Both the position numbers and the translations under genes were made by a program. Below, in pieces: positions 52,053 through 61,741 of a DNA stretch of 64,000 bases (within the stretch, counting starts at the first letter, position 1; the number at the start of each line of letters is the position of its first letter). Below the pieces are notes generated by a model. The model saw only the letters and a list, made by a program, of their open reading frames with translations. It did no database searches and had not been told where the DNA came from. This stretch comes from Candidatus Omnitrophota bacterium (lineage in GTDB: Bacteria; Omnitrophota; Gorgyraeia; Zapsychrales; Fredricksoniimonadaceae): assembly GCA_030650275.1 (NCBI GenBank), contig JAUSEK010000001.1, positions 101-64,100 of the forward strand. Reading direction: 5' to 3'.

Positions 52053-52094
52053 ATTTACAGTGATTACTGTAAATTATTACAGCAATGGAGTCAA
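52053..52094 (-). promoter_or_regulatory. MNT-HEPN promoter with operator palindrome
   Basis: TTGACT-17-TACAGT; perfect IR atttacagt-gatt-actgtaaat at 52053-52074. Confidence 0.7.
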
Positions 52095-52139
52095 TATTTT
52101 TATCAATTTTTGGTATCCCAAAGACATCTAACTTATTTA

Positions 52140-52225
52140 TGCACAAAACAACAAATAAATATGCACAGATCGACATAATCTTTTGCACAAATCGATATGG
52201 TTTTTGGTGTCCAAAAAGTGTCCAA
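52140..52225. repeat. Phased direct repeats (22-bp and 11-bp period)
   Basis: TGCACA at 52140, 52162, 52184; GTGTCCAA at 52207, 52218. Confidence 0.65.
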
Positions 52226-52290
52226 GTTTAATGCAGATTGGTTAAAACTGAATAAAAATGATTAAAAAGGTCTCGCTTTAGGACAAGTTT

Positions 52291-52725
52291 TCATACCTCT
52301 TTGATCCCGAGGCCGATCTCGGCTTCGGCGACAAGTTTGTCCCCCACCCTGACCTCGGCGCGGATGATGCCGGTCTTGGGTAAAAGTTTCACGGAAGAGA
52401 CCTCAATGCGCAACTGGTCACCGGGGACCACGGGATGGTGAAAACGCGCATCGATCTTGGCCAGATGATAAACCAGGTCCTTGCCCTGCAAATCTTTACT
52501 GTAATAAAAATAGACGCAACCCGCCTGGGTCATGGCTTCAATGATCAGCACGCCGGGCATGATCTTTTCACCCGGGAAATGCCCCTGAAAAAATTGTTCA
52601 TTGATCGAAACGTTCTTCACAGCGGTCAACTTCTGATCGGGGACGCACTCAACGACCTTGTCGATCATCAGGAACGGATAACGATGAGGGATTATTTTCT
52701 GGATCTCTAAAATATCTAAAATCAT
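52291..52725 (-). CDS. fabZ: 3-hydroxyacyl-ACP dehydratase FabZ
   Basis: PHRYPFLMID, FFQGHFP, MPGVLIIEAM, VVPGDQL. Confidence 0.93.
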   Translation of the reverse strand: MILDILEIQKIIPHRYPFLMIDKVVECVPDQKLTAVKNVSINEQFFQGHFPGEKIMPGVLIIEAMTQAGCVYFYYSKDLQGKDLVYHLAKIDARFHHPVVPGDQLRIEVSSVKLLPKTGIIRAEVRVGDKLVAEAEIGLGIKEV

Positions 52726-52745
52726 ATTTTTCTCTCCTTACAGGA

Positions 52746-52776
52746 CCCCGCCGCTTGCCGCTAACGGCAGGCGGGG
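52746..52776. repeat. GC-rich hairpin overlapping ribE stop
   Basis: ccccgcc-gct-tgccg-ctaa-cggca-ggcgggg. Confidence 0.5.
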
Positions 52777-53354
52777 CTTCTGTTTAAAATATATTTTGCC
52801 AGAACATCCGTCTCAACATTCACCAGGTCCCCCGCCTTCTTACGGGCCAGTGTCGTCACGGCCAGCGTATAGGGAATTAAATAAACACTGAAATCCGACG
52901 CCCCCACCTTGCCGACGGTCAAACTGATCCCGTCGACGGCCACAGACCCTTTAGGCGCCAGATATTTACGATTCGTTTTAGAAATACTGATGGTCAGCGC
53001 CACCCAATTCTTGGCGCGCTCAACGCGTTTGACCACGGCCGCCTCGTCCACGTGGCCGGTGACAAAATGCCCGCCCAAACGGCCGTCGGACTTTAACGCC
53101 AGTTCCAAATTGACCTTGCCGCCGGTCTTAAGGTCTTTGAGCGCGGTGTTGGCTATGGTCTCGCGCATCGCGTCAAAAGAAATGACGGTCCCTTTTTTAC
53201 GCGACGCGGTCAGGCAAACACCGTTGAGCGCCACACTATCACCCAAACGTACGTCTTTGGCCAAAGGCCCGGCGTCCACGGACAAGGCCATCAAATTGGC
53301 TTTTGTCCCCATGGCCTTGATCGTTCCCGCGTGTTGAATGATCCCGGTGAACAC
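52761..53354 (-). CDS. ribE: Riboflavin synthase
   Basis: MFTGII, NGVCLT, GGHFVTGHVD, DGISLTV, VNVETD. Confidence 0.97.
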   Translation of the reverse strand: MFTGIIQHAGTIKAMGTKANLMALSVDAGPLAKDVRLGDSVALNGVCLTASRKKGTVISFDAMRETIANTALKDLKTGGKVNLELALKSDGRLGGHFVTGHVDEAAVVKRVERAKNWVALTISISKTNRKYLAPKGSVAVDGISLTVGKVGASDFSVYLIPYTLAVTTLARKKAGDLVNVETDVLAKYILNRSPACR

Positions 53355-54427
53355 TACAAATACCCCTCGATCAAAATATCTTCGCCGATCTTGCCGGCGG
53401 AAACGCGCTTCAATGCAACGGCCTCATCCAGACGCCTGACGCGCAATCCCCGGACGGCATCCAGGCCCTCTCCCATGATCCTGAGGGCGACATACACCAT
53501 CATTTTGTCCACCAAGCCCTCTTTGAGCGCGGCGCCGACCAAGGCCGCGCCCCCTTCGATCAACATAGCAGTTATTTCCCGCTGGGCAAGGATTTTCAAA
53601 GCCCGGCGCAGGTCCACCCTGCCTCCTTTGGCCGGCACAACGATGATCTCGGCTTTGCGGCCTAATGATTTTATCCTGCGCGCCGAAGCCCTCTGCGTGG
53701 TCAATATCAAAACATCTTCCCTGCGCGTGCCTTTAAAAAGTTTGGCATCGGCCGGTGTTTTCAAGTCCGAATCAAAAATAATTTTTTTCAAACGTTTAGC
53801 GGGGAAAGAATTCAAGGCCGGGTCATCTTTGAGCACCGTATTGACCCCCACGGCAATGGCATCAAAACCGAAACGCATGCAACGGGCCAGATCGCGGCTG
53901 GCCTTGGACGTGATCCATTTGGATTCGCCGCTTAAGGTCGCTGTCTTGCCGTCCAGAGTTTGCGCGGTCTTGGCGGTAACGAACGGCATGCGCTTGCTGA
54001 TCCATTGATTGAATGCCTCATTCATGCGCGTCAGTTCTTCTTGCAAGAACCCGGCCTTAACGCTGATGCCGGCCTTGCGCAAGATCTGAATGGACTTGCC
54101 GCTCATCAAAGGATTGGGGTCCAAAACGCCGATATAAACCTTGCGGATGCCGGCGCGGATGATGGCATCAGTGCATGGCGATGTACGGCCATAATGAGAA
54201 CAGGGCTCCAGCGTCACGTACAAAACAGCGCCTTTGGCTTTGGCCCCGATTTTCTTCAAGGCCATGGCCTCGGCGTGGTCAGCCCCGCAGGCCGCGTGCC
54301 ATCCCTCGGCAATGACCTTGCCGTTCTTGACGACGAGGGCGCCGACCATCGGGTTAGGCGAAGTCCTGCCCCAGCCCTTCATGGCCAATTCGTACGCGCG
54401 GTGCATGTAAAATAAATGATCATTCAT
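53354..54427 (-). CDS. ribD: Riboflavin biosynthesis deaminase/reductase
   Basis: PNPMVG, HAE, LEPCSHYGRTSPC, TLDGK, IEGG. Confidence 0.97.
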   Translation of the reverse strand: MNDHLFYMHRAYELAMKGWGRTSPNPMVGALVVKNGKVIAEGWHAACGADHAEAMALKKIGAKAKGAVLYVTLEPCSHYGRTSPCTDAIIRAGIRKVYIGVLDPNPLMSGKSIQILRKAGISVKAGFLQEELTRMNEAFNQWISKRMPFVTAKTAQTLDGKTATLSGESKWITSKASRDLARCMRFGFDAIAVGVNTVLKDDPALNSFPAKRLKKIIFDSDLKTPADAKLFKGTRREDVLILTTQRASARRIKSLGRKAEIIVVPAKGGRVDLRRALKILAQREITAMLIEGGAALVGAALKEGLVDKMMVYVALRIMGEGLDAVRGLRVRRLDEAVALKRVSAGKIGEDILIEGYL

Positions 54428-54430
54428 AAA

Positions 54431-55276
54431 TCAAGCACATCTCGCCTTCATTTGCTCAACGGTTGCATAAGGTACCGAGGCCTTGCCGACATAGGTGTGG
54501 GATTTGGCTGACCCGTGCGCGTCGGAGCCGCCGGTCATCACCAGATCGTATTTCTTGGCTATCTTTTCATAAAATTTTGTGACCGTGTCCGTGGTATTGG
54601 GATAATACACCTCAAGGCCGCCCAAGCCAGCCTTGACCATGGGCGAAATGAGTTCGTCTTTTTGCGTGAGCATAGGATGGGCCATGACCGCGATGCCTCC
54701 GCTTTGGCGGATGAGATCAATGGCCTCAAAGGGCGTCTGTTTGTATTTAGGTGCCCAGCCCGGGCAGCCTTCGGATAAATATTTTTTGAAAGCGTCTTTG
54801 AACGACGACACCCATCCCTTTTGGTGCAGCAGCAAAGCCAGATGCGCCCGGCCGACAGCCCTGCTTTTGGTGAGCGCGCAAACTTCCTCGAATGTGATAT
54901 TGTCGATGCCCACGGTTTTCAAATTGAGCAACATCTGTTTCATGCGCGCCACACGGGCGTCCAAAAATGTGTCCAGACGATCGAACAAAGGGCCCTTGGC
55001 ATAGTCAATGAAATATCCCAGAATATGCACGTCCTTGCCCTCGATCTCGGAAGACAATTCAATGCCCGGGACGACCTCAAGCCCCGAGGGATTGGCCGCT
55101 GTGATGGCGGGTGCGACCCCTTCAGTAATATCATGGTCGGTGATGGCAATGCAGGCAAGCCCGGCTTTCAGCGCGTCGGCGACGACTTCCTCGGGGGAAG
55201 AGGTCCCGTCGGAATAATAGGTGTGCATGTGAAGGTCGGCAAGGGCGGGCAGGGCTTCCATGAGTTTAGGGCTCAT
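54431..55276 (-). CDS. PHP-domain phosphoesterase (TrpH/YciV-like)
   Basis: [31 protein letters not shown]; start reassigned to 55276. Confidence 0.92.
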   Translation of the reverse strand: MSPKLMEALPALADLHMHTYYSDGTSSPEEVVADALKAGLACIAITDHDITEGVAPAITAANPSGLEVVPGIELSSEIEGKDVHILGYFIDYAKGPLFDRLDTFLDARVARMKQMLLNLKTVGIDNITFEEVCALTKSRAVGRAHLALLLHQKGWVSSFKDAFKKYLSEGCPGWAPKYKQTPFEAIDLIRQSGGIAVMAHPMLTQKDELISPMVKAGLGGLEVYYPNTTDTVTKFYEKIAKKYDLVMTGGSDAHGSAKSHTYVGKASVPYATVEQMKARCA

Positions 55277-55685
55277 GAACGATCTCTTTTTTATGGATCT
55301 TGTCGAGGATGCCGTTGACGAATTTGCTGGATTCCAGGTCGCCGTATTTCTTGGCGAGTTCAACCGCTTCGTTGATGGCAACCTTGGGCGGAATGTCCGT
55401 GGTGTATTTGAGCTCAAAAAGCCCCATGCGCAAAATGTTGCGGTCAATGATGGCCATGCGCGTCAACTGCCAGTTGGTGGCGTATTCGGAAATTTTGCCG
55501 TCAATGTCCTTCAGGTTTTCGCGCACGCCCCCGGCCAGACGTTGGGCATAACCCATGACCTCCCCGTCTTTGTTGGGCTCCTGGCCCCAATAATCACCCA
55601 GAGAGTCCTCCAAAGACCGGCGGGTCAGCTCGATCTGGTAAAGGATCTTTAAAGCGTGTTCACGGGCCAGGGTGCGACGTCTCAT
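55266..55685 (-). CDS. nusB: Transcription antitermination factor NusB
   Basis: [33 protein letters not shown]. Confidence 0.97.
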   Translation of the reverse strand: MRRRTLAREHALKILYQIELTRRSLEDSLGDYWGQEPNKDGEVMGYAQRLAGGVRENLKDIDGKISEYATNWQLTRMAIIDRNILRMGLFELKYTTDIPPKVAINEAVELAKKYGDLESSKFVNGILDKIHKKEIVHEP

Positions 55686-55695
55686 AGAAAGAGCG

Positions 55696-56136
55696 CTAAA
55701 CCTTTTTTAATAAATTGACCATCTGCAAAGCCGCCCGGGCCGCGTCCCTGCCTTTATTCGGACCGCCCTTGCTTTGGGCGCGTTTCTGGGCCTGGTCAAC
55801 GGTGTCCGCGGTCAAAATGCCCATGATCACCGGTTTTCCCGCCGTCAAAGAGGCCTCCATGATGCCGCGCACACCTTCATTGGCGATCACCTCAAAATGA
55901 TATGTTTCCCCGCGGATGACCGCGCCCAGACAGATGACGGCGTCCACGTTCTTTTTCTTGGCCAGTTTCAAAGCCGTCAAAGGAATTTCAAAAGTTCCGG
56001 GCACCCACACCGTCGTGATCTGGTCTTCTTTAAGACCGGAATGTTTGAGTTCCATCCAGCAGGCGTTCACAAGCGCCTTGGTGATGAAATCATTGAAACA
56101 CGACGCGACAATGGCAATGCGGACCTTCTTTTTCAC
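55696..56136 (-). CDS. ribH: 6,7-dimethyl-8-ribityllumazine synthase
   Basis: [23 protein letters not shown]. Confidence 0.96.
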   Translation of the reverse strand: MKKKVRIAIVASCFNDFITKALVNACWMELKHSGLKEDQITTVWVPGTFEIPLTALKLAKKKNVDAVICLGAVIRGETYHFEVIANEGVRGIMEASLTAGKPVIMGILTADTVDQAQKRAQSKGGPNKGRDAARAALQMVNLLKKV

Positions 56137-57335
56137 AAAATATGCCCCAACTTGTCTTTCTTGGCCTTCAGGTATTGCTCGTTTTGGGGATTATGCGGGA
56201 TCTTGATGGGGATCCGCTCGACGACCGTAAGCCCGTATCCTTCCAGACCCACGATCTTGCGGGGATTATTGGTCAATAACCGGATCTGGCGGACCCCCAG
56301 GTCAACGAGGATCTGCGCGCCGATGCCGTAATCACGCAGATCGGGGGCGAAGCCCAGGGCCTGATTGGCCTCGACCGTGTCCATGCCGTCATCCTGCAGA
56401 TTGTAGGCCTTCATTTTATTGACCAGGCCGATGCCCCGGCCTTCATGATGGCGGATATAAAGCACAACACCCGTGCCGATCTCGGCAATGGCTTTCATGG
56501 CGCTTTTGAGCTGGCTGTTGCAGTCACAACGCAAAGACCCGAACACGTCTCCGGTCAGGCATTCGCTCTGGGCCCGCACCAAGACCGGCTTGGTCCCGTC
56601 GATGTCCCCCCTGACCATGGCGATGTGCAGGACATTGTCCACCAGGGACTGGTAAGCGACCATCTTGAATTCCCCAAACTCCGTCGGTAAATTCGCCTCT
56701 TCCACCCGCTCGACGAGTTTTTCGGTCTTGCGGCGGTATTCGATCAAGCTGTCGATGGTGCAGATCTTCAAATTGCTTTTGCGGGCGAAGGTGACCAGGT
56801 CATTGGTCCGGGCCATGGTGCCGTCTTCGTTCATGATCTCGCAGATGACCCCGGCCGGATAAAGGCCGGCCAAACGCATCAGGTCCACCGATGCCTCGGT
56901 GTGCCCGGCGCGCACCAGCACCCCGCCCCGGCGGGCGCGCAGCGGGAACAAATGCCCGGGGGTCACAAGGTCTGACGGTTTGGATTTGGGGTCAATGAGG
57001 ACCCCGACGGTCTTGGCGCGGTCAGCGGCGGAAATACCCGTGGTGACGCCGAAAGCCGCGTCCACGGAAATGGTCCACGCGGTATTGCATTTTTGATGCT
57101 GATCGTTCAATTCATCCTTCATCGGATGAAGACCGAGTTCATTGAGCCGGCTGTCCTCCATGGGCACACAGATGAGCCCCCTGGCCTCCTTGGCCATGAA
57201 ATTGATGGCATTGGGGGTGATGAATTGGGCGGCAACGAGCACGTCCCCTTCGTTCTCGCGGCCCTCATCGTCCATGACAATGACCATGCGGCCTGCTTTA
57301 AGATCTTCCACAATTTCCGGAATAGTGTTAAACAT
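56133..57335 (-). CDS. ribBA: Bifunctional DHBP synthase/GTP cyclohydrolase II
   Basis: [44 protein letters not shown]. Confidence 0.97.
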   Translation of the reverse strand: MFNTIPEIVEDLKAGRMVIVMDDEGRENEGDVLVAAQFITPNAINFMAKEARGLICVPMEDSRLNELGLHPMKDELNDQHQKCNTAWTISVDAAFGVTTGISAADRAKTVGVLIDPKSKPSDLVTPGHLFPLRARRGGVLVRAGHTEASVDLMRLAGLYPAGVICEIMNEDGTMARTNDLVTFARKSNLKICTIDSLIEYRRKTEKLVERVEEANLPTEFGEFKMVAYQSLVDNVLHIAMVRGDIDGTKPVLVRAQSECLTGDVFGSLRCDCNSQLKSAMKAIAEIGTGVVLYIRHHEGRGIGLVNKMKAYNLQDDGMDTVEANQALGFAPDLRDYGIGAQILVDLGVRQIRLLTNNPRKIVGLEGYGLTVVERIPIKIPHNPQNEQYLKAKKDKLGHIL

Positions 57336-57342
57336 GGGGTCA

Positions 57343-57393
57343 AGTATATTCTAAATATTATTCCTTGTCAATCCCTTTGTCCCGCCCTATAAT
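57343..57393. promoter_or_regulatory. Back-to-back sigma70 promoters sharing one -35 segment
   Basis: Minus: TTGACA-17-TATACT-7-ATG(ribBA). Plus: TTGTCA-17-TATAAT (cinA). Both -35 boxes lie in ttgtcaa at 57365-57371. Confidence 0.8.
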
Positions 57394-57430
57394 AAAACAA
57401 GTTTTTCATAAACCTATTGTTTCTAATGAC

Positions 57431-57907
57431 ATGCGACTTTCTAGAAAAATAGCTTCCCTGCTTTTGCGCCAAAAAAAGACCCTGTCTGCCGCGGAATCCT
57501 GCACCGGCGGCCTTTTGGCCCATACCCTGACCAATATTCCCGGCTCTTCCGCATTTTTCCATCTGGGGATCATCGCCTACGATGATGCCGCGAAGATCAA
57601 ATTATTAAAAGTACCGGCCAAAACCCTGGGCGTCCATGGCGCGGTCAGCCAACCCGCGGCCCGGCTCATGGCCCAAAACGTCCGCAAGATCCTTAAAACC
57701 GACTTAGGGGTAGGCATCACCGGCATTGCCGGCCCATCAGGGGGAAACAAAGCCAAACCGGTTGGCCTGACCTATATCGCTGTCAGCGACGGGAAAACAA
57801 CCGTATGCAGGGCATTCCGCTTTCATGGCACGCGCGTAAACAATAAAAACAGGGCTGTCCGGGCCGCCTTGCGCCTGGTCCTCAAAAAGGTCAAAGGTCA
57901 AAGCTGA
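57431..57907 (+). CDS. pncC: CinA C-terminal domain / NMN deamidase PncC
   Basis: AESCTGG, PGSS, GAVS, TGIAGP.GG...KPVG. Confidence 0.92.
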   Translation: MRLSRKIASLLLRQKKTLSAAESCTGGLLAHTLTNIPGSSAFFHLGIIAYDDAAKIKLLKVPAKTLGVHGAVSQPAARLMAQNVRKILKTDLGVGITGIAGPSGGNKAKPVGLTYIAVSDGKTTVCRAFRFHGTRVNNKNRAVRAALRLVLKKVKGQS

Positions 57908-57918
57908 AAGGTCAAAGG
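57886..57918 (+). repeat. Heptamer tandem repeat AAAGGTC
   Basis: aaaggtc-aaaggtc-aaagctg-aaaggtc-aaagg. Confidence 0.65.
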
Positions 57919-58584
57919 ATGGATATCGCCAATCGTCTCAAACGCTGTTTCAAGCCCCGTTTTGCCGTCATTTATCCTTTCGGCGTTTTCGTCCTCTTTT
58001 TCTGTTCTTCGGATGAGCATTCCTTAAAAAACGGGATCGGTTATATCATTGCCGGGGCTTTGCTGCGGCTATGGTCCAATGGTTATGCCATCAAAAATGA
58101 CCGCCTGACCACATCCGGCCCCTATGCTTTTGTCCGCAATCCCCTGTATTTAGGAACACTCCTCATCGCTTTGGGGTTGACCATCGTATTAAAAATGGAC
58201 CTGGCGATGACGGTCCTCTTTTTAGCGGTCCTAGGATGGGTCTACAGCAAAACCATTCGTGGGGAAGAAAGAATGCTGGCGGCAAAATTCGGGGAGGAAT
58301 ACAAAAAATATTGTTCAAAGATACCGGCCCTGGTCCCTTCCCTGGTCCCCTACATCCCGGGAGAGAAATGGCCGTTTCGCATCCAGCGGCTGATCGACAG
58401 CAAAGAACACAAACCGGTGTTCTGGCTCATCATCCTCCTCATTGTCTTCCACCTCAAGACCCGCCTGCTCCTCGAGCATAAGCCCATGACCGCAAAGACA
58501 TGGGCCTGGGTCGCGTTAGGCCTCGTCCTGATCTGCCTGGACATTCTCTACGAATTCAACAAGAAAAAGATCCACGCCAAATAA
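57919..58584 (+). CDS. ICMT/PEMT-family membrane methyltransferase
   Basis: LTTSGPYAFVRNPLYLG, EERML..KFGEEY..Y...P. Confidence 0.9.
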   Translation: MDIANRLKRCFKPRFAVIYPFGVFVLFFCSSDEHSLKNGIGYIIAGALLRLWSNGYAIKNDRLTTSGPYAFVRNPLYLGTLLIALGLTIVLKMDLAMTVLFLAVLGWVYSKTIRGEERMLAAKFGEEYKKYCSKIPALVPSLVPYIPGEKWPFRIQRLIDSKEHKPVFWLIILLIVFHLKTRLLLEHKPMTAKTWAWVALGLVLICLDILYEFNKKKIHAK

Positions 58585-58619
58585 AAATCCCGCCCTGCCT
58601 CAGGCGGAACGGGATTTTT
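58583..58619. terminator. Bidirectional intrinsic terminator
   Basis: aaaaatcccg...cgggattttt between convergent genes. Confidence 0.8.
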
Positions 58620-58648
58620 AATTAAGGTTACGGTGGGTGTCCCCGAAA

Positions 58649-59395
58649 TTAGCGGGAGCGGAGTTTGGACAATAGGCGCAGGATCTCCATGTACAGCCAG
58701 ACCAGGGTGACCATGAGCGCGAAAGCGCCGTACCACTCCATATACCTTTCCAGGCCCTGATGACTGCCCCGCTCGATCATGTCAAAATCCAGGATCAAAG
58801 ACATGGACGCGATGCCGACCACGAATAAACTGAATGCAATGCCCAAAGGCCCGCTGCCGTTAAGAAATCCCGGAGGAGCGATGTGGAAAAACCCCGCCGC
58901 CATGACGGCTAAATAAAAGATCATGATCCCGCCCATGGCGATCATGAGGCCTTTGCGCAAACCCGGTGTCGCTTGCAGGAACCCTGTTTTATATCCCATC
59001 AGCATGGCCAGCATCACGCCGAACGTCAATCCTACGGCCTGCACGACAATGCCCGGATAGGAACGCTCGAAATACGCGGACAACACGCCCAGCACAAGGC
59101 CTTCGCAAGCCGCGTACAAAGGCGCTGACACCGACGACCATTGCGGCTTAAAACACGTGGCTATGGCCAGGACAAACCCGACGAACAAGCCGACCACCAT
59201 GACCGTGCCTGCCCATCCGGCGCTGGCCGGGTTAACGGCCTTGGACCAGGCCCAAAATGCCGTTGCCATCAAGACGAGCAAAAGAATAAGGGCCTTGTTG
59301 ACCGTGCCCTGAACGGTCATGGTCTGCCCCGACCCTACAACGGCACGGGCATTGTCAAAAACCTTGCTGTTCAATGTCGGATTACTGCTTTCCAT
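58649..59395 (-). CDS. Bax inhibitor-1/YccA family membrane protein
   Basis: SSNP, MTVQGTVNK, LILDFD, EWYGAFALMVTLVWLYMEILRLL. Confidence 0.92.
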   Translation of the reverse strand: MESSNPTLNSKVFDNARAVVGSGQTMTVQGTVNKALILLLVLMATAFWAWSKAVNPASAGWAGTVMVVGLFVGFVLAIATCFKPQWSSVSAPLYAACEGLVLGVLSAYFERSYPGIVVQAVGLTFGVMLAMLMGYKTGFLQATPGLRKGLMIAMGGIMIFYLAVMAAGFFHIAPPGFLNGSGPLGIAFSLFVVGIASMSLILDFDMIERGSHQGLERYMEWYGAFALMVTLVWLYMEILRLLSKLRSR

Positions 59396-59414
59396 CTCAC
59401 ACCTCCATTAATTA

Positions 59415-59879
59415 TTAAATTGTCCCTGCCCATCGTAAGGCGATGTGCATGATGATATTCGTGTAGATCCCGGCCATCACATCATCCAGCATGATCCCCC
59501 AACCGCCGGGCCTGGCCTCCAGCCGGTTAATAGGGTATATTTTAAACATATCGAACGCCCGAAACAAGAAAAAAACGCTGATCGCGACCGGCCAGGTCAC
59601 CGGCCAGGCCATGGGCAGTCCTGCTAAAGCCACCAGAACACCGACGACCTCGTCCAAAACAACAATGCCGGGGTCTTTTTGTTTCAACATTTTTTCCACG
59701 CGGCCGCAAACAGGAACACCAACCGCAAAAAGCACAAACACAACAACGGCATAAGCCCATGGATGCCCCTGCAAGGCAAAAGCCAGGGCAATTCCCGCCG
59801 CGGTCGCGGCCGTGCCCGGAGCGATGGGAAAATATCCGATGCCGAAAAACGTGGCTATGATCTTTGCGAATCGGTCCAT
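59415..59879 (-). CDS. pgpA: Phosphatidylglycerophosphatase A
   Basis: APGT, DPGIVVLDEVVG, FRAFDMFK, MLDDVMAG. Confidence 0.95.
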   Translation of the reverse strand: MDRFAKIIATFFGIGYFPIAPGTAATAAGIALAFALQGHPWAYAVVVFVLFAVGVPVCGRVEKMLKQKDPGIVVLDEVVGVLVALAGLPMAWPVTWPVAISVFFLFRAFDMFKIYPINRLEARPGGWGIMLDDVMAGIYTNIIMHIALRWAGTI

Positions 59880-60430
59880 TGATTTTTAAAATACGCGGCG
59901 CCGGAGCCGACGGTCAAAAAAACGGTAATAACCATTAAAAAATTGATGACCCCCTGCCACAGAGGCTGGATCTGAAAGAACCACGCGGCTGTCCACGGGC
60001 TTTCCTCGGCGATCAAAAACAAGAGGACAACGGAAATGCTGATGATCTGAAAAACGGTCTTGATCTTACCCGCCTTTTCCGCGGCCAGCACCTGGCCCCG
60101 GCTCATGGCCCGCAAACGCGACGCGGTCACGCAAATTTCCCGAACAGCGATCAGGACAACCATCCACGCCTCCACCATGCCCGTATAGGTCAGAACAAAA
60201 AAAACAGACAGGATCAGGACCTTGTCGGCGATGGGGTCCATGATCTTGCCGAAATCACTGGTCAAGCCGCTCTTCTTCGCCAAATGCCCGTCGTAAAAAT
60301 CCGTCAATGCCGCGCCCGCGAACAAAACAGCCGCGGCCACGTAAGCGGCCAGCGAATACTGGCAAAGCAGCCACACGATCAGGGCCGCAAAGACCAGACG
60401 CGAAAGGGTCAGGATATTAGGCAGGGTCAT
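59855..60430 (-). CDS. pgsA: CDP-DAG--glycerol-3-phosphate phosphatidyltransferase
   Basis: PNILTLSR, TDFYDGHLA...FGKIMDPIADK, GKIKT. Confidence 0.96.
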   Translation of the reverse strand: MTLPNILTLSRLVFAALIVWLLCQYSLAAYVAAAVLFAGAALTDFYDGHLAKKSGLTSDFGKIMDPIADKVLILSVFFVLTYTGMVEAWMVVLIAVREICVTASRLRAMSRGQVLAAEKAGKIKTVFQIISISVVLLFLIAEESPWTAAWFFQIQPLWQGVINFLMVITVFLTVGSGAAYFKNQWTDSQRS

Positions 60431-61734
60431 CGCACGACTCCAGCCAGGTCATATTCATAGGCATCGGTGATATCCACTTCAACCATGTCCCCCTGTTTCA
60501 ACGGGTCCTTTGAACGCACATACACAACGCCATCCACGTCCGGGGCATCGTATTCGCTGCGTCCGATATAAGTATCCTTGGATCCCTTCTCTTTTTCATC
60601 AATAAGGACATTGAGCCGGCGGCCGACGAAACCTTTCTGAATTTCCCTGGAGATGGCCTGCTGGTCGCGCATGAGAATATCCATGCGTTCTCTTTTGACC
60701 CTGGCCGGCACATGCCCTGGCATGTCATGAGCGGCTGTCCCCTCTTCTTTGGAATAAATGAAAACACCGACGCGCTCAAAACGCATCTGCTGATTGAAGG
60801 CGCGCAATTCTTCAAAGTCCTCTTTTGTTTCTCCAGGAAGACCGACGATATAGGTGGTGCGCACAAACGCCCGCGGCAGGACCGAACGGATCCTGGCCAC
60901 AAGGTCCAGGGTCTGTCGGCGGGTGATATGACGGTTCTGTTCGGCCAAAATATGGTCGCTGATATGCTGCAGAGGCATGTCAATGTACTTGCAAATCTTG
61001 TCTTCGCCGGCCATGACCTCAATGAGTTCATCGGTCACGTGAGCGGGGAACGCGTATAACAAACGTATCCAACGGATATTTTTGACGCTCCGGGCCATCT
61101 CTTTTAAAAGCCGCGCCAACGATTTTGTGCGGTAAATGTCCAGCCCATAGGCCGTGATGTCCTGACCGATGAGGTTGATCTCCTTAACGCCCGCCGCGTC
61201 CAAACGCGCCACTTCCTGCAGCACGGACTCGACGGTGCGTGAAATGAACCTGCCTTTGATCTTGGGAATGGCACAAAAACTGCAGGCATTAAAACAACTC
61301 TCGCAGATCTTGACGTAGGCGAAATGCCGCGGGGTCAGCTGGACTCCCGCGGGGTCCGCGTCCCGGTTTAACGTCGGGGTACCGACAAAAGCGTCCACGT
61401 CCTTGAACTGGGCGGCCAATTCTTTGCCGTAACGCTGGGCCAGACAGCCGGCGACGATGATCTTTTGGATCTTGCCCTTTTTTTTAAGGTCGATGAGGTC
61501 CAGGATGGTGTCCACGGACTCTTTGCGGGCGTCTTCAATGAACGAGCAGGTGTTGACGATGATGACCTGGGCCTGTTTCGCCTCAACGATGCGATGGCCG
61601 TTCTTTTTTAAACGGCCAAGGATCATCTGCGCGTCGGTGAGGTTGCGGGCGCACCCTAAATTGATAACGCCGACCCCGCCATCGGCGGGACCGGCGCCCA
61701 AACGTTCCTGCTGAAAATCCCTGGTTGTTTTCAT
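60427..61734 (-). CDS. rimO: Ribosomal protein S12 methylthiotransferase
   Basis: LGCARN, NTCSFI, CFNACSFCAIP, DMPLQH, DAPDVDG TRAM domain. Confidence 0.95.
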   Translation of the reverse strand: MKTTRDFQQERLGAGPADGGVGVINLGCARNLTDAQMILGRLKKNGHRIVEAKQAQVIIVNTCSFIEDARKESVDTILDLIDLKKKGKIQKIIVAGCLAQRYGKELAAQFKDVDAFVGTPTLNRDADPAGVQLTPRHFAYVKICESCFNACSFCAIPKIKGRFISRTVESVLQEVARLDAAGVKEINLIGQDITAYGLDIYRTKSLARLLKEMARSVKNIRWIRLLYAFPAHVTDELIEVMAGEDKICKYIDMPLQHISDHILAEQNRHITRRQTLDLVARIRSVLPRAFVRTTYIVGLPGETKEDFEELRAFNQQMRFERVGVFIYSKEEGTAAHDMPGHVPARVKRERMDILMRDQQAISREIQKGFVGRRLNVLIDEKEKGSKDTYIGRSEYDAPDVDGVVYVRSKDPLKQGDMVEVDITDAYEYDLAGVVR

Positions 61735-61741
61735 ATATACT

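Noticed and set aside
50555-52225. CRISPR array
   Set aside because: The repeats are short, phased or inverted, without unique spacers of about 30-40 nt; no cas genes in the window.
56500-56580. Inactive GTP cyclohydrolase II (VRAQSEC instead of VRVHSEC)
   Set aside because: The Arg, three Zn-binding Cys, EGRG and TNNP motifs are retained, so loss of function is not supported.
57336-57430. FMN riboswitch before ribBA
   Set aside because: No RFN motifs, and the promoter geometry leaves no leader.
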